In this document: positions 43,854-53,400 of the stretch, in pieces
Layout of the letters: each line of letters begins with the position of its first letter
Position numbering within the stretch: the first letter of the stretch is position 1
DNA from: Bacteroidetes bacterium GWF2_38_335
GTDB lineage: Bacteria; Bacteroidota; Bacteroidia; Bacteroidales; GWF2-38-335
Assembly: GCA_001769535.1 (NCBI GenBank)
Contig: MEOH01000009.1
Location: 9,961-73,960, forward strand
DNA length: 64,000 nucleotides
Reading direction: 5' to 3'
Notes under the pieces: generated by a model
Told to the model about the DNA's origin: nothing
The model's database searches: none
The model's input: only the letters and a program-made list of their open reading frames with translations
Program-made: the position numbers and the translations under genes

Positions 43854-45074
43854 ATGAGTTTTAAAAATTATCTGCCAGAAACCTTCATTGAAAGGCCTGA
43901 TTATATTAAAAAAGCAGAGCCGTTCATAGGAAAAGACATCGTTAAAGTTTTTACCGGTCAGCGAAGGGTAGGCAAAACTTATTTGCTGTTCCAGATGATG
44001 GATTTTATCCATAAAAAGAACAAAAAAGCCAATATTGTTTTTGTCGGAAAAGAACTGCCGGAATTTTCACAAATCATCAACGATAGTGACTTGCTTGAAT
44101 ATGTAAAACCCTTATTAAAAAGCAAGGATAATTTTTTGTTTATCGATGAAGTTCAGGAAATTTTGTCTTTTGAAAAAGCGCTCAGGAGTTTGCTGGCTGA
44201 AAGAAAATGGGACCTTTGGTGTACCGGCAGTAATGCCGAATTATTATCTCAGGATATTGTCGGACTGATGAGCGGACGAACCATTGAAATTTCTGTTCAT
44301 GGACTTTGTTACGCTGAGTTCCAGAAATTCCATAACTATCCTGACAATGACCAGACCGTAGGTCTTTATATGCGATATGGGGGACTACCCTATTTGATTA
44401 ATCTTGAATTGAATGACAATATTGTCTTTGATTATCTCAAAAATATCTACTCTACCATTTTATACAAGGATGTGGTTTCGAGAGAAGGCATTCGAAATAC
44501 TCATTTTCTCGATAAACTGGTTTTGTTTCTTGCAGACAACACCGGTTCCATTGTTTCAGCAAAAAAAATCAGCGACTTTTTGAAATCCCAACGTATTAAT
44601 ATTCCATCAATCAGAGTATTGGAATACCTTAAATACCTTGAAAATGCATTTTTCCTGATCCGGACCCGTCGTGCAGATTTAAAAGGAAAAAGAATCCTTG
44701 AAATAGGAGATAAATTTTACTTTGAGGATCTGGGGTTACGCAATTCCATTTTGGGCTTTAAAAGAGAAGATATTGGCAAACTGATAGAAAATGTCATTCT
44801 CCTCCACATGAGGCAGCAGGGATTTGCTGTTTACACCGGGGAACAGGGTGACAAAGAAATTGATTTTGTTTGTGATAAAAACCAGCAGCGGATTTATATA
44901 CAAGCCGCATATTTGCTCGAAAACGAAAAGACAATTCAAAGGGAGTTCGGTAATTTGTTAAGTATTAAAGATAACTTTCCAAAGTACGTTGTAACCATGG
45001 ATCCCATTAAGTTTGATAACGAAAAGGGCATTTATCATTTGCAACTTCGGGAGTTTTTAATGACCTCTTTTTAA
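43854..45074 (+). CDS. AAA-family ATPase with C-terminal DUF4143-like domain
   Basis: 406 aa with Walker A GQRRVGKTY and Walker B NFLFIDEVQ. The length and architecture are typical of the stand-alone ATP-binding proteins common in Bacteroidota and archaea. Confidence 0.7.
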   Translation: MSFKNYLPETFIERPDYIKKAEPFIGKDIVKVFTGQRRVGKTYLLFQMMDFIHKKNKKANIVFVGKELPEFSQIINDSDLLEYVKPLLKSKDNFLFIDEVQEILSFEKALRSLLAERKWDLWCTGSNAELLSQDIVGLMSGRTIEISVHGLCYAEFQKFHNYPDNDQTVGLYMRYGGLPYLINLELNDNIVFDYLKNIYSTILYKDVVSREGIRNTHFLDKLVLFLADNTGSIVSAKKISDFLKSQRINIPSIRVLEYLKYLENAFFLIRTRRADLKGKRILEIGDKFYFEDLGLRNSILGFKREDIGKLIENVILLHMRQQGFAVYTGEQGDKEIDFVCDKNQQRIYIQAAYLLENEKTIQREFGNLLSIKDNFPKYVVTMDPIKFDNEKGIYHLQLREFLMTSF

Positions 45075-45111
45075 TTGCAGTCGAATATACAGTCAGTTGA
45101 TTTCATTATCC

Positions 45112-47085
45112 TCACTCCACAACCACCCTGCAGGAATATACTCCATGGTGATCTCTGTCAAGGAATTCTACCATGTATATTCCTTGTTGAAAGTCAGCTT
45201 TAATTGTATTCAGTCCGCTTATTATTCTCTGTTCCGAAACAAGTTTTCCATCCTCACAGAAAATTCTTACAAATTGTGCATTTTCAATGGTCAGGGAAAG
45301 TTCGCTACCTTTTTTGACAGGATTTGGAAAAATGTTAAAGCTTTTTTCATCAACCTGACTGATTCCCGTTCCTAGGGGAATTAAATTGTACTGCCTTACT
45401 GCTTCAACTTTATTTTGTTCGGGTGTATTGTCGCACATGGTAAGTTTCAGGGTGTAATTGCCTGCTGCAAGTCCTTCGGTATTCCAGTCGCACAGATGCC
45501 CCGAAAAAACCTCGTTTCCATAAACCGTGTCGCTGGCTGGAAACCAAATTTCAGAGCTTCCCACACAATATTCCAGAAAATACCATCCCACATCATTGGA
45601 ATAATAATCTGAGGCATGCTCGATGTAAGCGGCTCCGCTGACGGGAACAATCGAGTTTGCATATTCCGTTGAGTTTCCCTCGAGTTTCAGATAATAAACC
45701 ATGGCGTCTCCATAAATCTCGGGGTTGTAAATGAGATTTGCCTGTATGATCATCATCACCGATTTGTCGAAAGCAATGCACCGGCCCATGTTCTGCCCTC
45801 CGTAAGCCATGATTCCGAATGCGTTTCCGCCTGATTGAAAATTACAGTTGAGATAGGAAAAAGCCGAAGTCAGAATAGTGTTGTCATTGGCAAACAGATA
45901 TCCGCCCGAACCGTCAACCAGTGAGTTGTTCATGGTGCAGGTGCTGTTGACCATGGTGCCCACTTCGCCCAGAATGCAATTGTCAACTTCACCAAAAGCA
46001 TCGTCAAACATATACAGACTCCATGTTTGCACATCGGTATTTATTAAATGAATGTTGTGGCTGCTGATGGGCGCGGTGAAATCGGTATAATGTGAGTTGT
46101 TCACCAACCCCGAAACCTGATAATCGGGCAGGTTTTTGAACCAAACACCCACGGTGCGCAATTCCGAATCGGTTATTTCCACCGAGCTTCCCGGCTCGGG
46201 CATCAATCCCCACATCACATCTTCCACATTGCTGATCTGATATGAATAGTTGATGTTGGTCAATCCGGGCAGGGAACCATCGAAATCGAGACTGGCGATA
46301 CTTGTGCCATCAGGAAAAGTAAAGTTTAAAATTCCTGTTTCGGGAATGTGGTGCCATACCAATAAAGTGTGGGCGTTTGAAAAGGAGGCTGTGGCATTGT
46401 CTTTCATGATATATTCGCCTGCCTGGTTGGTGGAATCTATGATGATTTGCGAGTTCAGACTCAATCCGCAGGTAGTAAATCCAATATTGGTAACATTGTT
46501 CCAGGTTATCAGGGCACTGTCGGTGAGTGTTAAATCGTGCGACAATCCGTAATAATCGAAAGTGGAATTGTAAACTTCGATGATGCCGTTCATTCCCGCA
46601 ATAATTCCCCTTTCATAAACAAAACTTTGGGGAAAATGCATTACCGAATTGCTTATCCACACATGGGCCGTATTTCCAAAAACCAGCAAATCGCCAAAAA
46701 TGGTGGCATTGGCATTTTCGAACACCAATTTTCCATCGCCCCACACCACGACGGTTCCATCGTATGAATATTCACCTGTGATATAGAGAGAATCACCGGG
46801 AACCAGACCAATAAATAGCGTGTCACCGCTTTTATTTGCGTTTGGATGATGGTTTAGTCCGGCTGATCTTTTGTTGAAACGGGAGATGAAATCCCCGGGG
46901 CCATTGACCGCATTATTATTGTCATCTGAAATTTCTTTTGAAAAGGTTCTATCCATATAATTCAGCGCGTTTTTTGTAATGTTATTCAATTCCATTTTCG
47001 GGAAGTTGTTTTGTGAGATGGAATAACAGACCATAAAAACAGACAGGATAAAGAGCAGAAGTATTTTCATGTTTTTATTTTTCAT
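45112..47085 (-). CDS. Secreted beta-helix-like surface protein with T9SS C-terminal sorting domain
   Basis: The track ORF (767 aa) runs on upstream into the helicase gene. I place the start at ATG 47085 (MKNKNMKILLLFILSVFMVCYSISQ; alternative 47070). The CTD is FNIFPNPVKKGSELSLTIENAQ...GIYMVEFLDRDHHGVYSCRVVVE. Confidence 0.7.
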   Translation of the reverse strand: MKNKNMKILLLFILSVFMVCYSISQNNFPKMELNNITKNALNYMDRTFSKEISDDNNNAVNGPGDFISRFNKRSAGLNHHPNANKSGDTLFIGLVPGDSLYITGEYSYDGTVVVWGDGKLVFENANATIFGDLLVFGNTAHVWISNSVMHFPQSFVYERGIIAGMNGIIEVYNSTFDYYGLSHDLTLTDSALITWNNVTNIGFTTCGLSLNSQIIIDSTNQAGEYIMKDNATASFSNAHTLLVWHHIPETGILNFTFPDGTSIASLDFDGSLPGLTNINYSYQISNVEDVMWGLMPEPGSSVEITDSELRTVGVWFKNLPDYQVSGLVNNSHYTDFTAPISSHNIHLINTDVQTWSLYMFDDAFGEVDNCILGEVGTMVNSTCTMNNSLVDGSGGYLFANDNTILTSAFSYLNCNFQSGGNAFGIMAYGGQNMGRCIAFDKSVMMIIQANLIYNPEIYGDAMVYYLKLEGNSTEYANSIVPVSGAAYIEHASDYYSNDVGWYFLEYCVGSSEIWFPASDTVYGNEVFSGHLCDWNTEGLAAGNYTLKLTMCDNTPEQNKVEAVRQYNLIPLGTGISQVDEKSFNIFPNPVKKGSELSLTIENAQFVRIFCEDGKLVSEQRIISGLNTIKADFQQGIYMVEFLDRDHHGVYSCRVVVE

Positions 47086-47274
47086 GCAATTTACAAAAAT
47101 CGGGGAAAGTGGGCAAGGGGGAAGTTTTATAATAAGAATTTGTAATAGAATTAAAATCATGAGTTTTATTATCTTTGTGGGCAATTTGTTATGCAGATGA
47201 TGTTTCAGATAAACGGAAACAAAATGTTCTGACAAAAAAACGAATAAATTTTCAAACCAATAAACCTGTTCCAA

Positions 47275-48621
47275 ATGAATTCCTTTGACCAGTTTGACCT
47301 GCCCAAACCCATAAAAAATGCAATTGCTGATTTGGGCTTTGACAGTCCCACTCCCATGCAGGAGAAAGCATTTAATGTAATTCGTTCGGGCAAGGATATG
47401 GTTGGCATTGCGCAAACGGGTACTGGAAAAACACTGGCGTATATTCTTCCCATTCTGAAGGATTTGAAATTTTCAAATCAAATACCTCCACGCGTTGTTA
47501 TTCTTGTTCCTACCCGCGAACTTGTTTTGCAGGTGGTTGAAATGACCGAGAGTGTTACAAAATATATGAATGTAAGAGTGCTGGGTGTTTTTGGCGGTAA
47601 AAACATCAATGTTCAAAAGCTGGCGGTTTCTGAAGGCACTGATATTCTGGTTGCAACTCCGGGCCGTTTGTTTGATATAGCTGTAAGCGGTATTTTGCAG
47701 CTTAAAACCGTGAAAAAGCTGGTAATTGACGAGGTAGATATCATGCTGGATGAAGGATTTCGGACACAATTAAAAAACATTCTGGAGCTTCTGCCAAAAA
47801 ACAGGCAGAATATTATGTTTTCGGCAACCATGACCGATGAAGTGGATGTTATTATTGACGATTATTTTATTGTGCCGACCAGAATTTCCATGGCAATAAG
47901 CGGCACGCCCCTGGCCAATATTGAGCAACAAAGTTTCCTCGTTCCCAATTTCCACACCAAGGTTAACCTGTTGTCGGAGCTGGTTGCCGATAAGAATGAG
48001 TTTAGCAAAGTTCTGGTATTTGTATCGGGAAAGAATATGGCCGACCGGTTATTTGAAATTATGCAGGAACGGTTTCCGGGAGTGGTAAGCGTGATACACG
48101 GAAATAAAAGCCAGAATTACCGTATAAAGTCCATTAAGCAATTTGAAGCAGAAAAGCACCGCATACTTATAGCCACCGATGTTTTGGCAAGGGGATTGGA
48201 CTTTAACAAAATATCGCATGTTATCAATTTCGACACACCGGCCTATGCCGAAAACTATATTCACAGGATAGGCCGCACGGGCAGGGCAGAAGAAAAGGGC
48301 AAATCAATACTGTTTTTCACAGAGAAGGAGCGAAAAGACAAAGAAGCCATTGAAAAAATGATGGATTATTCCATTCCGCTTGTAAATATCCCCGATGAAG
48401 TAGAAATTTCCAATGAGTTGATTGCCGAAGAGCGCCCCGAAATCCCAACCAAGATACTTGCACAAAAGAAAAAGGACCAATCCAAAGGGGATGCTTTTCA
48501 CAATAAGAGCCTGAAAAATCAAAAAACCAACCAGGGAGGCTCGTACCGCCGCAAAAAGAAAAAACATAAAAGCCCTATAACCAGGGGAGATAAAATTGCC
48601 AACAGGAATATGAAGAGGTAG
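47275..48621 (+). CDS. DEAD-box ATP-dependent RNA helicase (RhlE-like) with basic C-terminal tail
   Basis: 448 aa. Motifs are the Q-motif PTPMQ, motif I AQTGTGKT, motif II VIDEVD (DEVD rather than DEAD), motif III SAT and motif VI HRIGRTGRA. The tail is Lys/Arg-rich. Confidence 0.9.
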   Translation: MNSFDQFDLPKPIKNAIADLGFDSPTPMQEKAFNVIRSGKDMVGIAQTGTGKTLAYILPILKDLKFSNQIPPRVVILVPTRELVLQVVEMTESVTKYMNVRVLGVFGGKNINVQKLAVSEGTDILVATPGRLFDIAVSGILQLKTVKKLVIDEVDIMLDEGFRTQLKNILELLPKNRQNIMFSATMTDEVDVIIDDYFIVPTRISMAISGTPLANIEQQSFLVPNFHTKVNLLSELVADKNEFSKVLVFVSGKNMADRLFEIMQERFPGVVSVIHGNKSQNYRIKSIKQFEAEKHRILIATDVLARGLDFNKISHVINFDTPAYAENYIHRIGRTGRAEEKGKSILFFTEKERKDKEAIEKMMDYSIPLVNIPDEVEISNELIAEERPEIPTKILAQKKKDQSKGDAFHNKSLKNQKTNQGGSYRRKKKKHKSPITRGDKIANRNMKR

Positions 48622-48983
48622 GGGTGTTGGTGGTTGTTGGTTTGCAGCTGGGGCTGTGATTTTTTATGTTTTGGACAGTGTTTTTATTCAATAATATTCT
48701 TGAATCTATATTTATTAAGAGAGTTCTTATTTTACAGAGAAGAACAAGTCCAATATTTTTTTATTTGTTTTTTTATTTCATCAAAGTTTATATTGTACCA
48801 ATTGTAATTATAAAACAGTACCCCAATAAACGAGGGTTTTAAAAACAAACTGTTTTGTAATTTTACAATGACAGTATGTGTCCGAATTTTTATTCGGCAT
48901 TTATACTCGAAATGTGTAATAAAATAACTAATCAATTTGTGAACACGACAAAACTTTATGAACCAATAACTAAAGGTAGTAAA

Positions 48984-49129
48984 ACAAAAGATTTCTCCCG
49001 ATGGTCGAAATGACAAGGTAATTTGGGGACTCGCAGAGGGAGGTGGTTAGGCGGCTTGCCGCCTAACCACCTCCCTCTGCAACCTACACACTAATCTTGT
49101 CATTTCGACCGAAGGGAGAAATCTTTTGT
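48984..49129. repeat. Family-1 nested palindrome, complete copy B (146 bp)
   Basis: The arms are acaaaagatttctcccgatggtcgaaatgacaag and cttgtcatttcgaccgaagggagaaatcttttgt. The central 23-bp arms are gcagagggaggtggttaggcggc TT gccgcctaaccacctccctctgc (49033..49080). Confidence 0.85.
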
Positions 49130-49540
49130 AACTATCTGGAATCCAGTTTTATATTTGTAATTGGATAATTTTTTGTCATGTACAATACTAATCAATGGAC
49201 TATTTAATATTTCATCTCTATATTATACCATAAAAATTAAAAGTTAAATAATTAAAATTTTAGAATATTTCAATAAAAATTTAACAAAATAAATTATTTT
49301 TTGCTTATAAATCACTATTGGCAGGCTTTGTTGTTTATCAGTTTTGCTGTCGAATATATAAAATAATAAGCAAAATAATCCTTATTTATAACATCATTAA
49401 TTTATTAATTCTTTGTGCAAAGGGTACATCTATCAACTAAATTGGAAATCATAAAATAAATAATTAAAATTTAACAAAAAATATTTCAATGTTTAAAAAA
49501 ATATTTTTATAATTGCATTTTAAAGTAACATAATATATTT

Positions 49541-50497
49541 ATGATGAAAGTTATTTTACAGATTATTTTTGCCATTTTTTATATATCGGCAACTGCACAG
49601 GTCGGGGTTGGAACTGTTTCAATCCACAATTCTGCCATGCTACAGGTTGAAAGCGAGAACAAAGGATTTCTCATGCCTACAGTTACGGGTACCGCCGCCG
49701 TTGAAAGCGGCAGCACTTCAATTGCCGAGGGCTTGCTCATTTACGACGAAAGTTCACATTCCTTTAAAACATTTTCTCAATCAAAATGGCACGTGATGAA
49801 TCCATGGAAATCATCCGCATCATCCGCAAACATTACCTATTCGGGAAAAGTGGGCATCAATACCGATCCGGATGCTTCACCCGAAAGTCTTCAGGTTAAC
49901 GGAAATATCAAATCTACCGGGAATATAAGGGTTGAAAATACCGGACGATTCGAAGGATATGGTACCATTCCTATGGGCGGAATTATCATGTGGTCGGGAA
50001 CCACCGCACCCGAAGGATGGGCAATCTGCAACGGACAAACAGTCAACGGGTACAAAACCCCCGACCTGAGCGGGAAATTTATCGTCAGCTATGCCGCATC
50101 AGTTACTGATTACTCAAATCCCGGAAATCTCAGCACAACCGGAGTAAATCCAGGAAATACAGGCGGAGCACAATCGGTCACCCTACAAAAGGAAAATGTC
50201 CCTCAACATCGGCACGAAAAAGGAACTTATGCTGTTCTTGGGGCCGGGGAGCATTCTCATACCTATAGTTATGATTACAGTAAAACCGATGGCGATGAAA
50301 GTGGGGCAAATAAAACAGTTATCACGCAGCAAGGTTTGACAGGAAATGAATCTGTGACAATTGTTTACGATGGTGGTTCCCACACCCACACCATTGAAGG
50401 CATGTCGGGAAATGGCTCAACCGACGGACTGGGCAGCGTGGCTCACGAAAACCGTCCGCCATATTACGTGCTTGCATTTATAATGAGGGTGAGATGA
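49541..50497 (+). CDS. Secreted phage tail-collar-domain protein (MdpB-like)
   Basis: 318 aa with the signal peptide MMKVILQIIFAIFYISATAQ. Tail-collar blocks are IPMGGIIMWSGTTAPEGWAICNGQTVNGYKTPDLSGKFIV, His-rich GEHSHTY...GGSHTHT and the terminal HENRPPYYVLAFIMRV. No T9SS CTD is present. Confidence 0.75.
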   Translation: MMKVILQIIFAIFYISATAQVGVGTVSIHNSAMLQVESENKGFLMPTVTGTAAVESGSTSIAEGLLIYDESSHSFKTFSQSKWHVMNPWKSSASSANITYSGKVGINTDPDASPESLQVNGNIKSTGNIRVENTGRFEGYGTIPMGGIIMWSGTTAPEGWAICNGQTVNGYKTPDLSGKFIVSYAASVTDYSNPGNLSTTGVNPGNTGGAQSVTLQKENVPQHRHEKGTYAVLGAGEHSHTYSYDYSKTDGDESGANKTVITQQGLTGNESVTIVYDGGSHTHTIEGMSGNGSTDGLGSVAHENRPPYYVLAFIMRVR

Positions 50498-53400
50498 AAT
50501 GGATTGCTGTCATATTGTTGCTGATTTTCTTTGCCAAAACCAAAGGACAAAGTGGTTTGGCAAATAGCGGATTGCTTACGGTATATGTAAACACATCCCT
50601 TACCTGCAAAGGAGCTGTTTCCAACATGCCGGGAGGCAATATATATAATGCGGGAACAATTTATCTTTACGGTAATCTTGATAACCAATCAACCCAACCG
50701 CTTTTTTGGCAATCTTTTCAAAACCACCGCGGAAATATCGTCTTCCTCGGAAATCTGCCGCAAATAATTTCAGGAAACGCTCCCGTAAAATTTACCAGGG
50801 CAACAGTGTCAAACCTCTCGGGAGTTTATGCTCAGATTCCGGTTTATGCTAATGACTCCCTCGGGTTTTTTATGGGCAGTCTTTTTCCGGGCTCAAACCA
50901 AATAACTTTTGAAAGATATACAATTATGGGAGTAACCAGTTTGGGTGCACTGGCAAATGAAACTGATAATTCAAGGGTATCCGGACTGGATTGCAGTCTG
51001 CGGGCAAGCGATTATGTCATATTCCCGGGAACGACCAATGTGGCGGGAATGGGTTTTACTGTCAATTCGGACCAGACCATTGTCGGGCTTGATCTTCTTC
51101 GCAGTCATGAACGTCAGGGCGCTGCAGCAGATAGCGGGATTTACAGAAGTTTTACTGTTTCAGGCGGGTCATTTTCTTTTGCAGATCTCAACTCCCTAAA
51201 ACTGAATTATCATTCCGATGAATTTGAAGAATTGCATACCACCGAAGAGGATTTTCGTCTCTGGTACTCTGATGATGAGGGGACGAGCTTTCAGAAAATA
51301 ACCAGCACCTGGTCCCCTGGATTCGTTTATTCCGAAAATACAAGCCTGATGCCCGGATTATATACCATAAGTGATGAAAAATGCAGGATTCCCCCGGCTT
51401 GCAATATTTTTGGAGATAATGTGATTTGTGAAGGAGATCCCGTTCAGCTGTTTGCCTCTGAAACTCCCGTCGGAAAAAGATTTTATCATTGGTATTCGCC
51501 CGACTTGCCTATTACGGAAAATGATCAGTGGGAACTTGATTTTAGCTGGGAAGAGATTGCCGAGAGCCATGAGGCTGTTGTTTATCTAACAATTACCGAT
51601 ACCAAAGGGTGCGAAAATACCGACTCAGTAATTCTGGATATTAGAAAACGTCCAGATGCCACTTTCTCTTTTTCCCAGTATGGATTTTGCCAGAATGAAC
51701 CGGTGAATTTTTCCGGACCTCCCGGAATGGATACCTATGAATGGACAATGAACGATGAAATACTCAATACTCACGGTTCCTTTTCTCAAAACTTTTCTGT
51801 TTCGGGCAACTTCCCCGTCACGCTTATTGTCGACAGCAACGGTTGTCAGGGTAGTTATACGAAGGTTCTGCGCATTTTTCAAAACCCCGTTGCTGCACTT
51901 GAAATTAATGGAAACTGCACAGGAGAAAACGTTTTAATGACAAACACCTCGTTTTTGGAAACGGAGTCAGGAGATATTTCATTTTATCAGACTGAGATTG
52001 ATTTCGGCGATGGCCAAACAGCCTCATTTTCAGGATCTCCCGAAACTATAAACCATGTGTACACCGGTTCGGGTGAGTATGAGATTTTGTTTTCTGTAAC
52101 CACCAATCAGGGATGCACCGATTCCTACTCGGAGCTCAAAACCATCAATGAGAAAATTCACCTGACAATCACTTCAGAAAATGTCTGTCTGGGCGACACG
52201 TCTTTGATTGAATTATCAATTGAAACGGGATATTTTAACTTTTCCTGGGATTTTGGCGATGGTTCGGATGAATATTTTGCCTTTGACGATAATATAATTG
52301 GTCACCCTTATGAGTTTACAGGAAATTTTTCAGTTTCGGTGATTTGCTCTGCTCCGGGTTATTGCAGCGATACTGCGTTTACAGCAATTTTAATCAAAGA
52401 TTTACCTGTTGCAGAATTTACAGCCGGAAATGCATGCCTTGGCGAAAATTCAGTTTTTACGCCATTATCCTCAGAGGTTGAGATTGTCTCATCTGTATGG
52501 GATTTCGGTGATGGCAATACTTCTGTCGAAGGAGAGCCTGAACATTTATTCGGTGAGCCCGGATTTTTTCTGGTAACTCATTCCGTTGACGGAATAAACG
52601 GATGCTCAGCATCCTCTGCAATAAATTATGAAGTTTACGAATTGCCCGAAGTGATACTCACCGGCGAAAATGTCTGTCACGGCGATACTGCCACATTCAG
52701 TTGCGGAACGGCCGAATCAGAAAATTTGTTTTTATGGGATTTTGGTGACGGCAATCAGGTTTCACAACCGTATCTGCCCGGAATAACTCATTGTTATTCT
52801 GACCCCGGAGTTTATGAAGTGGAACTTACAGTAACTGCACAAAATGGTTGTGTCTTTGAAACTTTTTCAACAGCAATTGTAGTTGCCAATCCTGTGATTC
52901 CTATAAACGAAAACCTGGTTACCTGCACCAGCAGCATCGTTGCAGATGCGGGCAACCCCGGCGCGGTTTTCCTTTGGTCAACGGGTGAATCGTCACAATC
53001 GGTTACCCTCAATGAAAATGGTAATTACTGGGTGCTGGTGGCTGAAACGACAAACGCATGCAAAAGCTTGCTCGATTTTACACTTGAACTGAATTCTGAA
53101 GAACTCATTGATCTGGGAGCAGATTTGACTTCCTGCGATTCTGCCTTGATTGATGCAGGTTTTTTTGCCGATTATCTCTGGAACAATGGCGCTACCGATC
53201 AGGTAAATGTGATTGAGGAAGGTGGAAATTACTCAGTTACCGTCACAGATATCAATGGCTGTGTTGATTTTGACAGTTTATTTGTAACCATATACCATTC
53301 TCCCGCACAAATGAATGAAATAACTGAAGAAGCTTGTTTTGGGGATACAATTTTATTTTCAGCGGATTTTCCGGAGTACACTCTTTTATGGAACACGGGA

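Noticed and set aside
47086-47415. N-terminal 110-aa extension of the track ORF 45112..47415
   Set aside because: The extension runs across the divergent promoter and into the helicase gene on the other strand. A canonical signal peptide begins at ATG 47085, so that site is the more plausible start.
48732-49016. 94-aa minus-strand ORF
   Set aside because: It starts inside the left arm of nested palindrome copy B (peptide MSFRPSGEIFC...) and continues through AT-rich non-coding DNA. It is a typical repeat-derived artefact.
49245-49490. Repeated 16-mer taaataattaaaattt (49245 and 49456) and shuffled aatatttcaat / aaatttaacaaaa segments upstream of the tail-collar gene
   Set aside because: These are low-complexity AT-only sequences in an AT-rich leader. 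Matches of this kind are expected by chance and their order is not conserved.
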